In this document: in pieces, positions 8,316 to 18,250 of the stretch
Layout: the number at the start of each line of letters is the position of its first letter
How positions within the stretch are numbered: the stretch's first letter is position 1
Source of the DNA: an uncultured Gammaproteobacteria bacterium
GTDB lineage: Bacteria > Patescibacteriota > Patescibacteriia > Patescibacteriales > WJLG01
Assembly: GCA_964547855.1 (NCBI GenBank)
Contig: CAZJPG010000006.1
Span: forward strand, 1,660 to 65,659
DNA: 64,000 nucleotides
Direction of reading: 5' to 3'
Notes under the pieces: generated by a model
What the model was told of the DNA's origin: nothing
Database searches by the model: none
Seen by the model: only the letters and a program-made list of their open reading frames with translations
Translations under genes and position numbers: made by a program

Positions 8316-10505
8316 ATGAAGACTGAAAGAGATTTGGAAGATTTTTTTGCTTCTTGTGAAGAGAGCTCGCTGGTGTCTTTGGTTGAGATAGTGAAGGTGG
8401 CTAAAGGTCCTTTAGGCAAGCTATTTAAGTTTAATGGTATCGATTATGACGACTTGTTAAATCGTTTAATGATCAGGGTTGGTAACTTTTCCTATCAAGA
8501 CGATAATGGTGTATTTGCGGAAATAAAAAAGAGGGCGAAGTGCTGTGATCTTATATTTCCCAATAATGAAAAACATGTTTGTCTTTTAGGTAGCATACTC
8601 TCGATCTCTGAATCTGTGGCTTGTCGTGTGCTTGAGTCGATAAACGTGGATTGTCAAAAGCTGCTTAGTGATGTGGCTCGAGATTTCAATTTTGAAGTGG
8701 AGATCTTTACTTATCATAATCCTAAGGGGGATGAAATGAAGAAAGTGGTAGCGGTTGAAACAAAAAAAGTTGCCATTATCTCTGATTATGGAGTCGACTT
8801 GACTGAGAGGTATAAAAACGAAGAGCCAAAACCTTTTATCGGTAGAGAGAAACAGATCACTCGGCTGGCTAGAATGCTGGGGAGAATGAAAAAGAATAGT
8901 GTGCTTCTTCTTGGTGGTTCCGGTGTCGGTAAGACCGCACTAATAGAAGAGTTCGCTTATCGTATATCATCGGGGTCTGTGTCCGGGGCTTTATCCGGAA
9001 TGACCGTTTTTCTTTTGAAGCTCGATGGTGTGGGTGATCTGCCGAAAAGGTTTTCGGATATGTATGGTTTTTTGACCAGGATAATGGAGCTTTTCGATGA
9101 TCTTAATAAAGTCATTTTTGTCATGGACTGGGAGGAAATAACTTTGCCCGGGGCCAGCAGTGACCTCTTTACGACCTTTGACGTGGTCAATGTCTTGAGT
9201 CAGACATTTCGTGAATCGAAGGTTAGATTTATTTTGATCGGACATCCTGATTTTTATGAGGATTTTGTCGTAAGCTGTCCGCAAGTGACCGGCTTAATAG
9301 GAGTATTGAGATTGGAGGAGGCTACTGAGGCGGAGACCAAGCAAGTGTTGATGATCAAGAAACCATCCTACGAAAGTCATCATGGCATAAAGTTCACAAA
9401 CGAGGCCGTAGTGGCGATATTAAAGCATGTTATGAAAGGGGAATTCGAAGGAACTTGTCTCCCTGGTCGGGCGCTTGAGCTTTTGGATGATGTTGGTAGT
9501 GACTTTTCCGCTTCTAAAAGAAGAAAGATCGGCACGAAGGAGGTCGAGGCTTTTCTTAAAGATGACGATGCGGAACCGATCATTGCCGTCAGGGAACGGG
9601 GTTATGAGAAAAAGTTGCCTGAATTGGAGAAAAAGCTTAAGAGTCTGGTCATAGGACAGGACTATGCTTGTGAAGTGACAGCCGATGCGATCATGGCATT
9701 GAACGACCCGGAAAGACCGGTCGCATCTTTGTTCTTTACTGGTCCTTCTGGTGTTGGAAAGACGCTTTTAGCGCAAATTTTGGCTAAGACGCTTTTTGAT
9801 GATTTAGAGTGTTTTTTGCGCATCGATATGTCAGAATACTATGACAAGCACGAGGTCGCTCGCTTGATCGGTTCTCCTCCTGGGTATGTGGGTTATGGTG
9901 AAGATAGCAAAATGACCAAGCAAATGAAGAATAAGCCGAAATCGGTGATACTTCTCGATGAGATAGAGAAGGCTCATCATTCAATATATGATATTTTGCT
10001 TCAGATATTGGATTACGGCTATCTAACCAATGGAAAAGGCGAAAGATTGTCATTTCGCGAGGCTATTATAATTATGACCTCGAATATTGATCTACGAAAA
10101 AGCCGCCCAGTGGGATTTACGAAGGAGAATAATAGTGACGTTGGTCAAAGCGGTTTGGGCAAGGCCTTGCAAGATAATTCTTTTCGCAAGGAATTCATTG
10201 GTCGCATCGATCAGCTGGTTGAATTTTCGTCGTTATCCCATGATCACTTCTTAAAAATAATCGATTTAGAGATCGCCAAGATCTCTGAAACGGCAAAAAG
10301 AAGGGGATTGGCGAGTCTTACTTTTATGCCGGAGGCTAAGGAGTTTATCGTCGGTTGCAGTGATACCCGTGAATATGGAGCCAGAAACTTAAACCATGTA
10401 TTGCGCAGATTGGTTCGTGTGCCGTTGGGCAAAATGCTCGTTCACGGTGGACCGAAAGAGATGGTCACAGTTTCGGTCGATAATTCCGGTTTGGTATTCG
10501 TCTGA
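8316..10505 (+). CDS. ATP-dependent Clp protease ATP-binding subunit, ClpA/ClpC-like (two AAA+ modules)
   Basis: Clp_N-like repeats (ESVACRVLESINVDCQKL). D1 Walker A GGSGVGKTAL. D2 Walker A GPSGVGKTLLA and Walker B ILLDEIEKAH. VGF loop (RPVGFTKENNS) at the position of the ClpA IGL ClpP-docking loop. SD aaggag. Confidence 0.85.
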   Translation: MKTERDLEDFFASCEESSLVSLVEIVKVAKGPLGKLFKFNGIDYDDLLNRLMIRVGNFSYQDDNGVFAEIKKRAKCCDLIFPNNEKHVCLLGSILSISESVACRVLESINVDCQKLLSDVARDFNFEVEIFTYHNPKGDEMKKVVAVETKKVAIISDYGVDLTERYKNEEPKPFIGREKQITRLARMLGRMKKNSVLLLGGSGVGKTALIEEFAYRISSGSVSGALSGMTVFLLKLDGVGDLPKRFSDMYGFLTRIMELFDDLNKVIFVMDWEEITLPGASSDLFTTFDVVNVLSQTFRESKVRFILIGHPDFYEDFVVSCPQVTGLIGVLRLEEATEAETKQVLMIKKPSYESHHGIKFTNEAVVAILKHVMKGEFEGTCLPGRALELLDDVGSDFSASKRRKIGTKEVEAFLKDDDAEPIIAVRERGYEKKLPELEKKLKSLVIGQDYACEVTADAIMALNDPERPVASLFFTGPSGVGKTLLAQILAKTLFDDLECFLRIDMSEYYDKHEVARLIGSPPGYVGYGEDSKMTKQMKNKPKSVILLDEIEKAHHSIYDILLQILDYGYLTNGKGERLSFREAIIIMTSNIDLRKSRPVGFTKENNSDVGQSGLGKALQDNSFRKEFIGRIDQLVEFSSLSHDHFLKIIDLEIAKISETAKRRGLASLTFMPEAKEFIVGCSDTREYGARNLNHVLRRLVRVPLGKMLVHGGPKEMVTVSVDNSGLVFV

Positions 10506-10517
10506 TATTTTTCAAAG

Positions 10518-10553
10518 GGGCCCGATCCATTTTTGCGGATCAGGGCCTTTTTT
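10518..10553 (+). terminator. Intrinsic terminator
   Basis: ggcccgatcc...ggatcagggcc hairpin followed by tttttt. Confidence 0.7.
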
Positions 10554-10662
10554 AATATTTTAAAAGGTTATTTTAGTAAAAATATTAAGAAATTGTAATG
10601 ATTTAGGCGTTTTTACGTATATTTTAATATACGCTTGAGGTGGGGGCGTTTTTTATTTTATT

Positions 10663-12435
10663 ATGAAAAAAATGAAAGGAAGTTTTAAAAGAACCTTAAG
10701 GGTTTATTGGGACCAGATGAGCGGTTCGCGCTGGGTGTTTTTTGTTTTAGTCGCGATAATTATTTTTGGTACGGTTTGTAATGCGATCGTCCCTATTTAT
10801 TTGAAAAGGATCGTCGACGCTATATCTTTGACGCAGGACAAGGATATATCTTTTAAGTTGGCTCTATCTTCGTTGTTTATGGTCGGTGCTATAGAAATGG
10901 CACGAGTGATCTCTAATCGTGGCGCTGGTTTTTGGTATATAAGGTTTTTGTCGAAATTTATGGCCAAGGTGTCTAATTATAGTTTTCAATATCTTCATCG
11001 GCATTCTTTTTCCTTTTTCGCTAATAATTTTTCTGGAGCATTGGTAAAGAAGGTTAATTACTTAACGCGCGCCGCTGAAAATATTTTTGATAGTTTTGTC
11101 TGGGATTTTGTTCCCATGTTCACTAATTTATCTGTGATACTATCTGTTTTGTCTTTCCGAGATTGGCGTCTTGGCGCCGGGGTTTTTGTTTGGTTAGTCC
11201 TTTTCTTTACTGTTACTATTATTTTTTCAGGATGGAAATTCAAATATGATATTATTGCCAATGAAGCAGTCTCTAAGACCACTGGTTTTTTGGCTGACAC
11301 GATCACTAACTTCTCAAGTCTAAAATTGTTCAATGGCTATAATAGGGAGATCGGCGGATTCGCCGAATTGCAAGAGGATCTAAGGAGAAAGAATAATTTT
11401 GCTTGGAGCATGAATGAAGTTTTTAATGCTGTATCCGCTGTTTTTATGGTCGTCTTGGAAGTTGGCCTTCTTTGGATGTCTATAAAATTGTGGAAGAATG
11501 GGCTCTTTACGCCAGGTGATTTCGTCTTGATCCAGTCTTATGTGATAATAGTCGTTTGGCAATCCTGGCATTTCGGTCATTTATTGCGTAATTTTTATCG
11601 TTCCTTCTCTGATGCCGAAGAAATGGTCGACATCCTTAATACGACCCCTGATATTTTAGATATTCATAAAGCCAAAAAGTTAAAAGTAGATAAAGGTGAG
11701 ATCGAGTTTAGAAAAGTAGGTTTTTGTTATCATGAGACCCGCAAAGTGCTTAATGATTTTGATTTGACCATTAAGGCTGGTGAAAAGGTCGCTTTGATCG
11801 GCCCGTCTGGTGCCGGCAAGACTACTGTGGTTAAATTGCTTTTGCGCAATTTTGATTTGACGTCTGGACACATACTAATCGATGGTCAGGATATTGCTAG
11901 AGCGACCCAGGAAAGCCTTTGGTCTAACATCTCGTTAGTGCCTCAAGATCCTGTATTGTTTCATCGTACTTTGGCAGAAAACATTGCTTATGGTCGCCCA
12001 GAGGCAAGCAAAGAAGAGATAATCAAGGCATCGAAGCAAGCTCATTGTCATGAGTTTATTTCGAATTTACCAGAAGGCTACGACACTTACGTTGGTGAGC
12101 GAGGAATAAAATTGTCTGGCGGTGAGCGTCAGCGCGTGGCTATCGCTCGTGCCATTTTGCGTAATGCCCCTATATTAGTTTTGGATGAGGCTACCTCTAG
12201 CTTGGATAGTGAATCCGAGTCTTTGATTCAGGATGCCTTAGAAAAATTGATGAAAAATAAGACGGTCATCGTTATTGCTCACAGACTATCGACCATTAGA
12301 GAGATGGATCGTATAATATATATTGATGGCGGCAAGATCATGGAGGATGGGCGGCATGAGGATTTGGAGAAAAAAGAAAATGGACTTTATAAACATTTAT
12401 GGGAAATACAAGCCGGAGGATTCGTGAATGAATAA
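10663..12435 (+). CDS. ABC transporter, fused permease/ATP-binding protein (MsbA-like exporter type)
   Basis: 590 aa. Six-TM N-terminal half, Walker A GPSGAGKTT, signature LSGGERQRV, Walker B ILVLDEATS. Confidence 0.85.
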   Translation: MKKMKGSFKRTLRVYWDQMSGSRWVFFVLVAIIIFGTVCNAIVPIYLKRIVDAISLTQDKDISFKLALSSLFMVGAIEMARVISNRGAGFWYIRFLSKFMAKVSNYSFQYLHRHSFSFFANNFSGALVKKVNYLTRAAENIFDSFVWDFVPMFTNLSVILSVLSFRDWRLGAGVFVWLVLFFTVTIIFSGWKFKYDIIANEAVSKTTGFLADTITNFSSLKLFNGYNREIGGFAELQEDLRRKNNFAWSMNEVFNAVSAVFMVVLEVGLLWMSIKLWKNGLFTPGDFVLIQSYVIIVVWQSWHFGHLLRNFYRSFSDAEEMVDILNTTPDILDIHKAKKLKVDKGEIEFRKVGFCYHETRKVLNDFDLTIKAGEKVALIGPSGAGKTTVVKLLLRNFDLTSGHILIDGQDIARATQESLWSNISLVPQDPVLFHRTLAENIAYGRPEASKEEIIKASKQAHCHEFISNLPEGYDTYVGERGIKLSGGERQRVAIARAILRNAPILVLDEATSSLDSESESLIQDALEKLMKNKTVIVIAHRLSTIREMDRIIYIDGGKIMEDGRHEDLEKKENGLYKHLWEIQAGGFVNE

Positions 12436-12491
12436 GGCTTTTCGAAGAATGGTAGTCGGCGATGATTTAATGATTTATTTTTTATAGGTTT

Positions 12492-13721
12492 ATGAAATAC
12501 GATGTCATAGTGATCGGTGGTGGGCCAGCTGGAATGATGGCGGCCGGAAGAGCGGCGGAAAATGGAGCCAAAGTTTTGTTGTTGGAAAAGAAAAGATCTT
12601 TGGGTAATAAATTATTGATCACTGGCAATGGGCGTTGTAATATTACGAACGATATCAATGACCATCGTGTCTTTGCCGAGCGTTTAGGTTCTTCGGGTAA
12701 GTTTATGTTGTCGGCCTTGGCGCGTTTCGGTGTCTCTGAAACATTGGAATTTTTCCACTCTCATTCTGTTCCGACGGTCGTCGAAGAGTATGGTAAGATA
12801 TTCCCAGAAAGTTCTAGTGCTCGAGATGTGCTTGATGCTTTGTTATTGTATCTTGAGGATTTCAAGGTTGAGATCATAACTGATTCTGAGGTGATTTCTT
12901 TCGTTAAGGATGGAAGTCGCTTGGACAGAGTTGTTTTAAAAGATGGGCAGGAATTTGAGGCTGATAAATTCATTGTTGCTGCTGGAGGAAAGTCTTATCC
13001 TTTGACTGGATCGACGGGCGATGTTTATCGGCTTATTGGTTCTTTGGGGCATCATATCGTCGAACCAAGACCAGTCCTCTCTGGAATAATGGTCAATGAG
13101 CCCTTGGTTAAGAATATGGAGGGGGCATCTCTTGATGATGTGGAATTGTCCCTTTATATTGATGATAAGAAAGTTGGCAGTGAACGAGGTGAGGTGATTT
13201 TCACAGGGGTCGGAGTGTCTGGGCCGGCGGCGATAGATTTTAGCCGTTTAGTCGATGAATATTCTGATAGTAAGGCAAAGATAAATATCGATATGGTCCC
13301 GTCTATTGATTTTTCTAGTTTAGACGTCAAATTAGAGAAAGAATTGCAAGAAGAGCTTGGTCGCATGATCAAAAATTATTTAAGCGATTTGGTGCCACCA
13401 AAAGTAATTCCGACTATTCTTTCTTTGGCTAAAATAGAGGAGGAGAGGCGTTGCGGCGAAGTGACGCGCGACGAACGCAGGGTGATAATTCATGCCTTAA
13501 AAGAAGTGAAGCTAACCTTTAAATCTTTTGGTGGATTTGACCGGGCGATGGTCACTAGGGGTGGTATAGATTTGAAAGAAGTGGACTCAAAGACTATGAG
13601 ATCGAAGATTATAGATAATTTATATTTCGCTGGTGAGATATTGGACTTGGACGGACCCACCGGTGGTTTTAATCTGCAAATCGCTTGGTCGACCGGGTTT
13701 GCGGCCGGAGAACGGGTTTAA
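12492..13721 (+). CDS. NAD(P)/FAD-dependent oxidoreductase, HI0933/BaiN-like flavoprotein
   Basis: N-terminal dinucleotide fold YDVIVIGGGPAGMMAA, and a C-terminal FAGEILDLDGPTGGFNLQ motif typical of this family. Confidence 0.8.
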   Translation: MKYDVIVIGGGPAGMMAAGRAAENGAKVLLLEKKRSLGNKLLITGNGRCNITNDINDHRVFAERLGSSGKFMLSALARFGVSETLEFFHSHSVPTVVEEYGKIFPESSSARDVLDALLLYLEDFKVEIITDSEVISFVKDGSRLDRVVLKDGQEFEADKFIVAAGGKSYPLTGSTGDVYRLIGSLGHHIVEPRPVLSGIMVNEPLVKNMEGASLDDVELSLYIDDKKVGSERGEVIFTGVGVSGPAAIDFSRLVDEYSDSKAKINIDMVPSIDFSSLDVKLEKELQEELGRMIKNYLSDLVPPKVIPTILSLAKIEEERRCGEVTRDERRVIIHALKEVKLTFKSFGGFDRAMVTRGGIDLKEVDSKTMRSKIIDNLYFAGEILDLDGPTGGFNLQIAWSTGFAAGERV

Positions 13722-13767
13722 TCTTTACAAACCTTATTTTTCGTGTTATCTTGTTGATATAAAAATC

Positions 13768-13792
13768 AGCCGCTTAGTAGGCGGCTTTTATT
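13768..13792 (+). terminator. Intrinsic terminator
   Basis: agccgc-ttagtag-gcggct followed by a T-run. Confidence 0.65.
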
Positions 13793-13812
13793 CACCTAAA
13801 ATTTCGAAAAAC

Positions 13813-15264
13813 ATGGCCGAGCAAGTGATATTAAGCTTCGATGAAGTAACTTTTGAGTATAAGGAGAAAAAGCCTCTTTTGAAAGATGCTTCTTTTAGCG
13901 TACGTACAGGAGCAAAAATAACCTTAATGGGGCAAAATGGTGCTGGTAAAAGCACTTTATTCTCTCTGATAAGGGGGCAGCTCAAGCCAACAAAAGGACA
14001 GGTGAATATAACCAACGATGCTTCGATCGGCGCGGCCGAACAAACCATGGATCGAAAATATCTCGATCTTTCGGTTGAGGATTATTTTGCCGAGGCTTTC
14101 GAGATCGCACCCAAGAATCTTAAAAGTCAGATCGCCAAGGTCCTTGAGGCTGTTAATTTGAGCGTTCCGACGGATCGTAAAGTTGGCAATCTTTCCGGCG
14201 GACAGCAGGCCCGTTTGCTTTTGGCTTTTGCTTTGATCCAGAATCCTGATATCTTGCTTTTGGACGAGCCGACCAATAATTTGGATAGCGATGGCATTGA
14301 CCACTTGATTCAATTCCTTTTGATGTATGATAAGACAGTCTTAGTCATTTCGCATGATGCCGATTTCTTGAATCTTTTCACTGAAGGAGTTTTATATTTA
14401 GACGTATTTACTAAAAACATAGAATATTACGAGGGTAATTATTACGACGTCGTAGAACAGATCGAGCGCCGAATCGAAAGAGAGCAGATGAAGAACGCTC
14501 AACTTGAGAAGACTATTCGCGATCGCAAAGAGAAGGTTAACTTTTTTGCCAATAAAGGTGGTAAGATGCGTAAATTGGCTCAGAAGATGCGCGAAGAGAC
14601 CGAGGAGATGGAGGATCAAAAGGTCGATGTTAGGCGCGAAGATAGGACGATTAGACCATTTGATATACCAGTACAGGATATTTCTGGTGATATAGTGACC
14701 ATAGATTCGGTTAAGGTAATAAAAAATCATGAACCGATAGAGCGTAAGATCGGCAAGGTTTTGCATAAACGCACCCATCTTTTGATTAAGGGACCTAACG
14801 GCGTAGGTAAGTCTACTTTTTTGCGTTCTCTGGTCGGCAACGATCATCCAGGTGCTAGAATATTGAAAGACGTGATCGTTGGTTATTATAGTCAGGATTT
14901 TTCGAATCTAGATTTTGATCAGACTGTCTTTGAGTCTTTAAAGAGTGCCATGATATCAGAGGATGATGACCAGAAGATGCGTTCGACTGCGGCTGGATTT
15001 TTGATCACTGGCGACTTGATGGGCCATAAAGTCGGAGATTTATCAGAGGGGCAAAAAGGTCTTTTGTCGTTTGCTCGCCTGACTTTGATGAAGCCTGGCT
15101 TGTTGATCCTGGATGAGCCGACGAATCATATTAATTTTCGTCATATACCAGTCATCGCTGAAGCTATAAGTAATTACGAGGGGGCTATGATCATGGTCTC
15201 CCATATGGAAGATTTCGTTAAACAAGTGAGGATAGATGATTATCTAGATCTTGGTAAGGATTAA
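13813..15264 (+). CDS. ABC-F family ATPase (two ABC cassettes, no TM domain)
   Basis: Walker A GQNGAGKST and GPNGVGKST. Signatures LSGGQQARL and LSEGQKGLL. Charged interdomain linker. The start is placed at MAEQV, after the upstream terminator; the track ORF from 13633 overlaps the previous gene. Confidence 0.85.
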   Translation: MAEQVILSFDEVTFEYKEKKPLLKDASFSVRTGAKITLMGQNGAGKSTLFSLIRGQLKPTKGQVNITNDASIGAAEQTMDRKYLDLSVEDYFAEAFEIAPKNLKSQIAKVLEAVNLSVPTDRKVGNLSGGQQARLLLAFALIQNPDILLLDEPTNNLDSDGIDHLIQFLLMYDKTVLVISHDADFLNLFTEGVLYLDVFTKNIEYYEGNYYDVVEQIERRIEREQMKNAQLEKTIRDRKEKVNFFANKGGKMRKLAQKMREETEEMEDQKVDVRREDRTIRPFDIPVQDISGDIVTIDSVKVIKNHEPIERKIGKVLHKRTHLLIKGPNGVGKSTFLRSLVGNDHPGARILKDVIVGYYSQDFSNLDFDQTVFESLKSAMISEDDDQKMRSTAAGFLITGDLMGHKVGDLSEGQKGLLSFARLTLMKPGLLILDEPTNHINFRHIPVIAEAISNYEGAMIMVSHMEDFVKQVRIDDYLDLGKD

Positions 15265-15280
15265 TGACATAAAAAACTAA

Positions 15281-15310
15281 AACCGCCGGTCTCTATGGCG
15301 GTTTTTGTTT
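15281..15310 (+). terminator. Intrinsic terminator
   Basis: aaccgcc...ggcggtt hairpin followed by tttg ttt. Confidence 0.65.
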
Positions 15311-15495
15311 GTCTGAGGTGGAGGGTTTTGATTTGACTTATTTTAAATAAAAGGTTAATGTATTTTTTTAAGAATTAGCCAAAAAAGTTCATTCTTAAGG
15401 CTCTTTAAAATAATATAATCAATCATCAAACCTAAAGAAATGGGTTTTGATATGCTGGATGTCAAATGTGACACTTTTTTCTCTAAGATGGAACG

Positions 15496-16758
15496 GTGGT
15501 CAATCCTCGTACCCTGATTAATGAAATAAATCTTCTGGAGACGGCTGGCTTGAGCTATAACAATTTAATGTTGTCGCTTAATGCCAAGTTGATAATGCCG
15601 CAGCACGTGGTGCTTGATCGAGTGCGTGAGGCATCGTCCGGTAAAGGAAGAATCGGAACGACCGGTCGTGGTATTGGTCCTGCTTATGCAGATCATTATT
15701 CCCGCGTCGGTTTGGTCGTCAACGACCTTCTTAACAAAGACCTCTTGGTCGAAAAAATAACTCGCAATTTGCGAGAAAAGAATCTGATGTTGAAAAGTTT
15801 CGATCCGGATGTGATCAGGGGAGTTATGTTTCAAGATGATCTGGACAAAGGAGTTTTCTATACTCTTTCTTCGTCTGGTTTTTTCAATGTCGATGCCATA
15901 GTCGAGACTTATTATAAGTATGGGCAAAAGCTTTCCGGCATAATAAAAGAGACCGATCGGTATCTTAATGGTAAGGTGGAGGCAGGTTTCAATGTTTTGC
16001 TTGAAGGAGCACAAGGCCTATTTTTAAGTATTGACTATGGCTCATATCCTTATGTCACTTCCAGCGATTGTTCTGTTGCTGGGTTAGCTAAAGGTGTCGG
16101 CCTACAACCTTCGCAGGTCAACGTGTCGTTTGGTATAGTTAAGGGGTTTTATATGACCAGGGTGGGCGAGGGTCCGTTTCCGACGGAATTCGGAGGCGAG
16201 GCTTCAGCTCAGTGGTGTGCGACGAAAAAAAGATCTGACGAGGAAGGTGAATATCCTGATGCGTCGATCAACGATCCGGATGAATTTATTCAAGGCGTGG
16301 CTATGCGGCGCGAAGGCGATGAGTATGGCGCCACAACAGGGCGTCCGCGACGTACCGGGTGGCTCGACCTGCCTATGTTGCGTTACGCGGTCGGTATAAA
16401 TGGTCATGATATAATCATGACGAAACTTGATGTTTTAAGCGGGTGTAAGACGATAAAAGTGTGCACTTCTTATAAATATCAAGGCCCCGACTTCCACTAT
16501 GGAGATGCGACATTAAAAGCCAGAGATGTCATTTATGATGCGATTCCAATGTCCGAAGTTATGAAGCATTGTGTCCCGGAATATGTGGAATTTCCTGGCT
16601 GGGAAAGTGATCTGTCCGATGCTAAATGGATTAAAGATCTCCCGGAGCGCCTACGTGTCATCTTGAACTTCGTCCAAGAGAAGACCGGGGTAATAGTGAG
16701 GATGTTATCGGTCGGACCAGATCGCGAGCAGACCGTAGTGCGTCATTTCGATGATTGA
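15496..16758 (+). pseudogene. purA: Adenylosuccinate synthetase lacking about the first 85 residues, including the GDEGKGK P-loop; probably a 5'-truncated gene
   Basis: Conserved IGTTGRGIGPAY and GATTGRPRRTGWLD motifs are present. The ORF begins (GTG) at a position equivalent to ~residue 85 of E. coli PurA. Stops TGA (15469) and TAA (15484) lie just upstream in frame. No P-loop coding is seen in any frame of 15265-15495. Confidence 0.6.
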
Positions 16759-16908
16759 TTAGACCGTTGTCATAAAGGCCATCTTCATTATTTTTGAAGA
16801 CGGCCTTTTTTGTTTTTTTTGCCTTTTATCGTAACAGGGGATATAATTTAATTCAGCGGTTGTTTATTGATTTAATGTCCGCTTTTTTGTTTATTATAAG
16901 CTAATAAA

Positions 16909-18168
16909 ATGAGTAGAATAATAAAAATATTTTTAATTTTAGCCATATTTACATCTGGTGTAGTATTTTTTGTTTCACGACGAGACAAGTTTGATGAAAC
17001 GAAAAATGTTCAAGCTCAAGAGGCTGAAGAGCGACAAGAAGTTTTGGTCGTGCCAGATAAAAAAGTTTTAGTAGAGGTTAAAGATGGGGATACTTATGGT
17101 AAATTAATGGATAATGCTGGCGTTGGCGGCAAGACGGCCACTGCCATCTATGACGCTGCTAAAGACACATACGATTTGGCTAAGGTGCGCCTAGGTAGAT
17201 CATTGGAGCTTATTTACGATAAGGATACCGATGATTTTAAAGAGTTGGTTTATAAGATCGATTCAGAAGATGAGTTGTCGGTGAAAAATTTAGATTTTTA
17301 TTCGAAACCAGCATCTTCTTCTGCTTCATCGACTTTAGGATGGGCAGCAGAAATTAGGCCAATCGCCTATGAGGTTAGGGTCGTGGCTAGGGGTGGTGAT
17401 GTCGAGTCATCGATGTATCAAGCGGCCATCGACAATAATATCGACACCAGGGCAATAATAGAATTGGCCGACGCCTTTCAGTGGTCGATCGATTTTGCGA
17501 TGGATCCTCGAGTCGGAGATAAGTTTAAGTTTGTTTATGAAGAGCGATACCTTGACGGTGAATTGGCTTCGCCAGGCAAGGTCTTGGCCGGTTATTATAT
17601 AAACGATGGGACGAAATATGAAATTTATCATTTTCATGAAAACGATGAAAATGACGGATATTTCGATGGTGATGGAAATTCTGTTCAAAAAATGTTTCTC
17701 AAGGCTCCAGTCGCATTTAAGTATATTTCTTCTGGGTTCACTACTGGCTTGCGCTATGTCGAGGCTTTTAATGTCTCTACCGGCCACAGAGCTATTGATT
17801 ATGCCGCTCCATTAGGTACGCCGATTCGTGCTGTTGGTGATGGCACTGTTACTTATGCTGCCTGGAGTACGGCTGGATATGGCAATCTTGTAAAGATAAG
17901 GCATAACGGTACTTATTCCACTAACTATGGACATCTTTCTAAATTTGCCGTGAAAAGCGGCACCAAGGTCAAACAGGGGCAGGTAATAGGTTATGTTGGT
18001 TCGACTGGTTTTTCTACTGGTCCGCACTTGCATTATGAGATGGTTAAAAATGGAGTTAAGATAAATCCGCTTACAGAGGTTTTGCCTCCTGGACAGGCCA
18101 TTAAAGATGAGAACCGAGAACGTTTTAATAATGAATTGGCCAAGTGGAAAGAGATGTTAGGAGAGTAG
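16909..18168 (+). CDS. M23-family peptidoglycan metalloendopeptidase, membrane anchored
   Basis: N-terminal TM helix. HRAIDYAAPLGTPIRAVGDG and GSTGFSTGPHLHYE catalytic motifs. Confidence 0.85.
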   Translation: MSRIIKIFLILAIFTSGVVFFVSRRDKFDETKNVQAQEAEERQEVLVVPDKKVLVEVKDGDTYGKLMDNAGVGGKTATAIYDAAKDTYDLAKVRLGRSLELIYDKDTDDFKELVYKIDSEDELSVKNLDFYSKPASSSASSTLGWAAEIRPIAYEVRVVARGGDVESSMYQAAIDNNIDTRAIIELADAFQWSIDFAMDPRVGDKFKFVYEERYLDGELASPGKVLAGYYINDGTKYEIYHFHENDENDGYFDGDGNSVQKMFLKAPVAFKYISSGFTTGLRYVEAFNVSTGHRAIDYAAPLGTPIRAVGDGTVTYAAWSTAGYGNLVKIRHNGTYSTNYGHLSKFAVKSGTKVKQGQVIGYVGSTGFSTGPHLHYEMVKNGVKINPLTEVLPPGQAIKDENRERFNNELAKWKEMLGE

Positions 18169-18250
18169 TTCGGTTGACAAAAAATCAACTCATTAGTAAT
18201 GTTTTGTTGGTTCATTAAAATTTATCAAAAGAAGAAAGGGGAGTTTTTTC

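Noticed and set aside
13633-13812. Upstream extension of the ABC-F ORF (track start 13633).
   Set aside because: The extension overlaps the 3' end of the flavoprotein gene and runs through its terminator hairpin (13768-13792). Homology-like sequence begins at MAEQV (13813).
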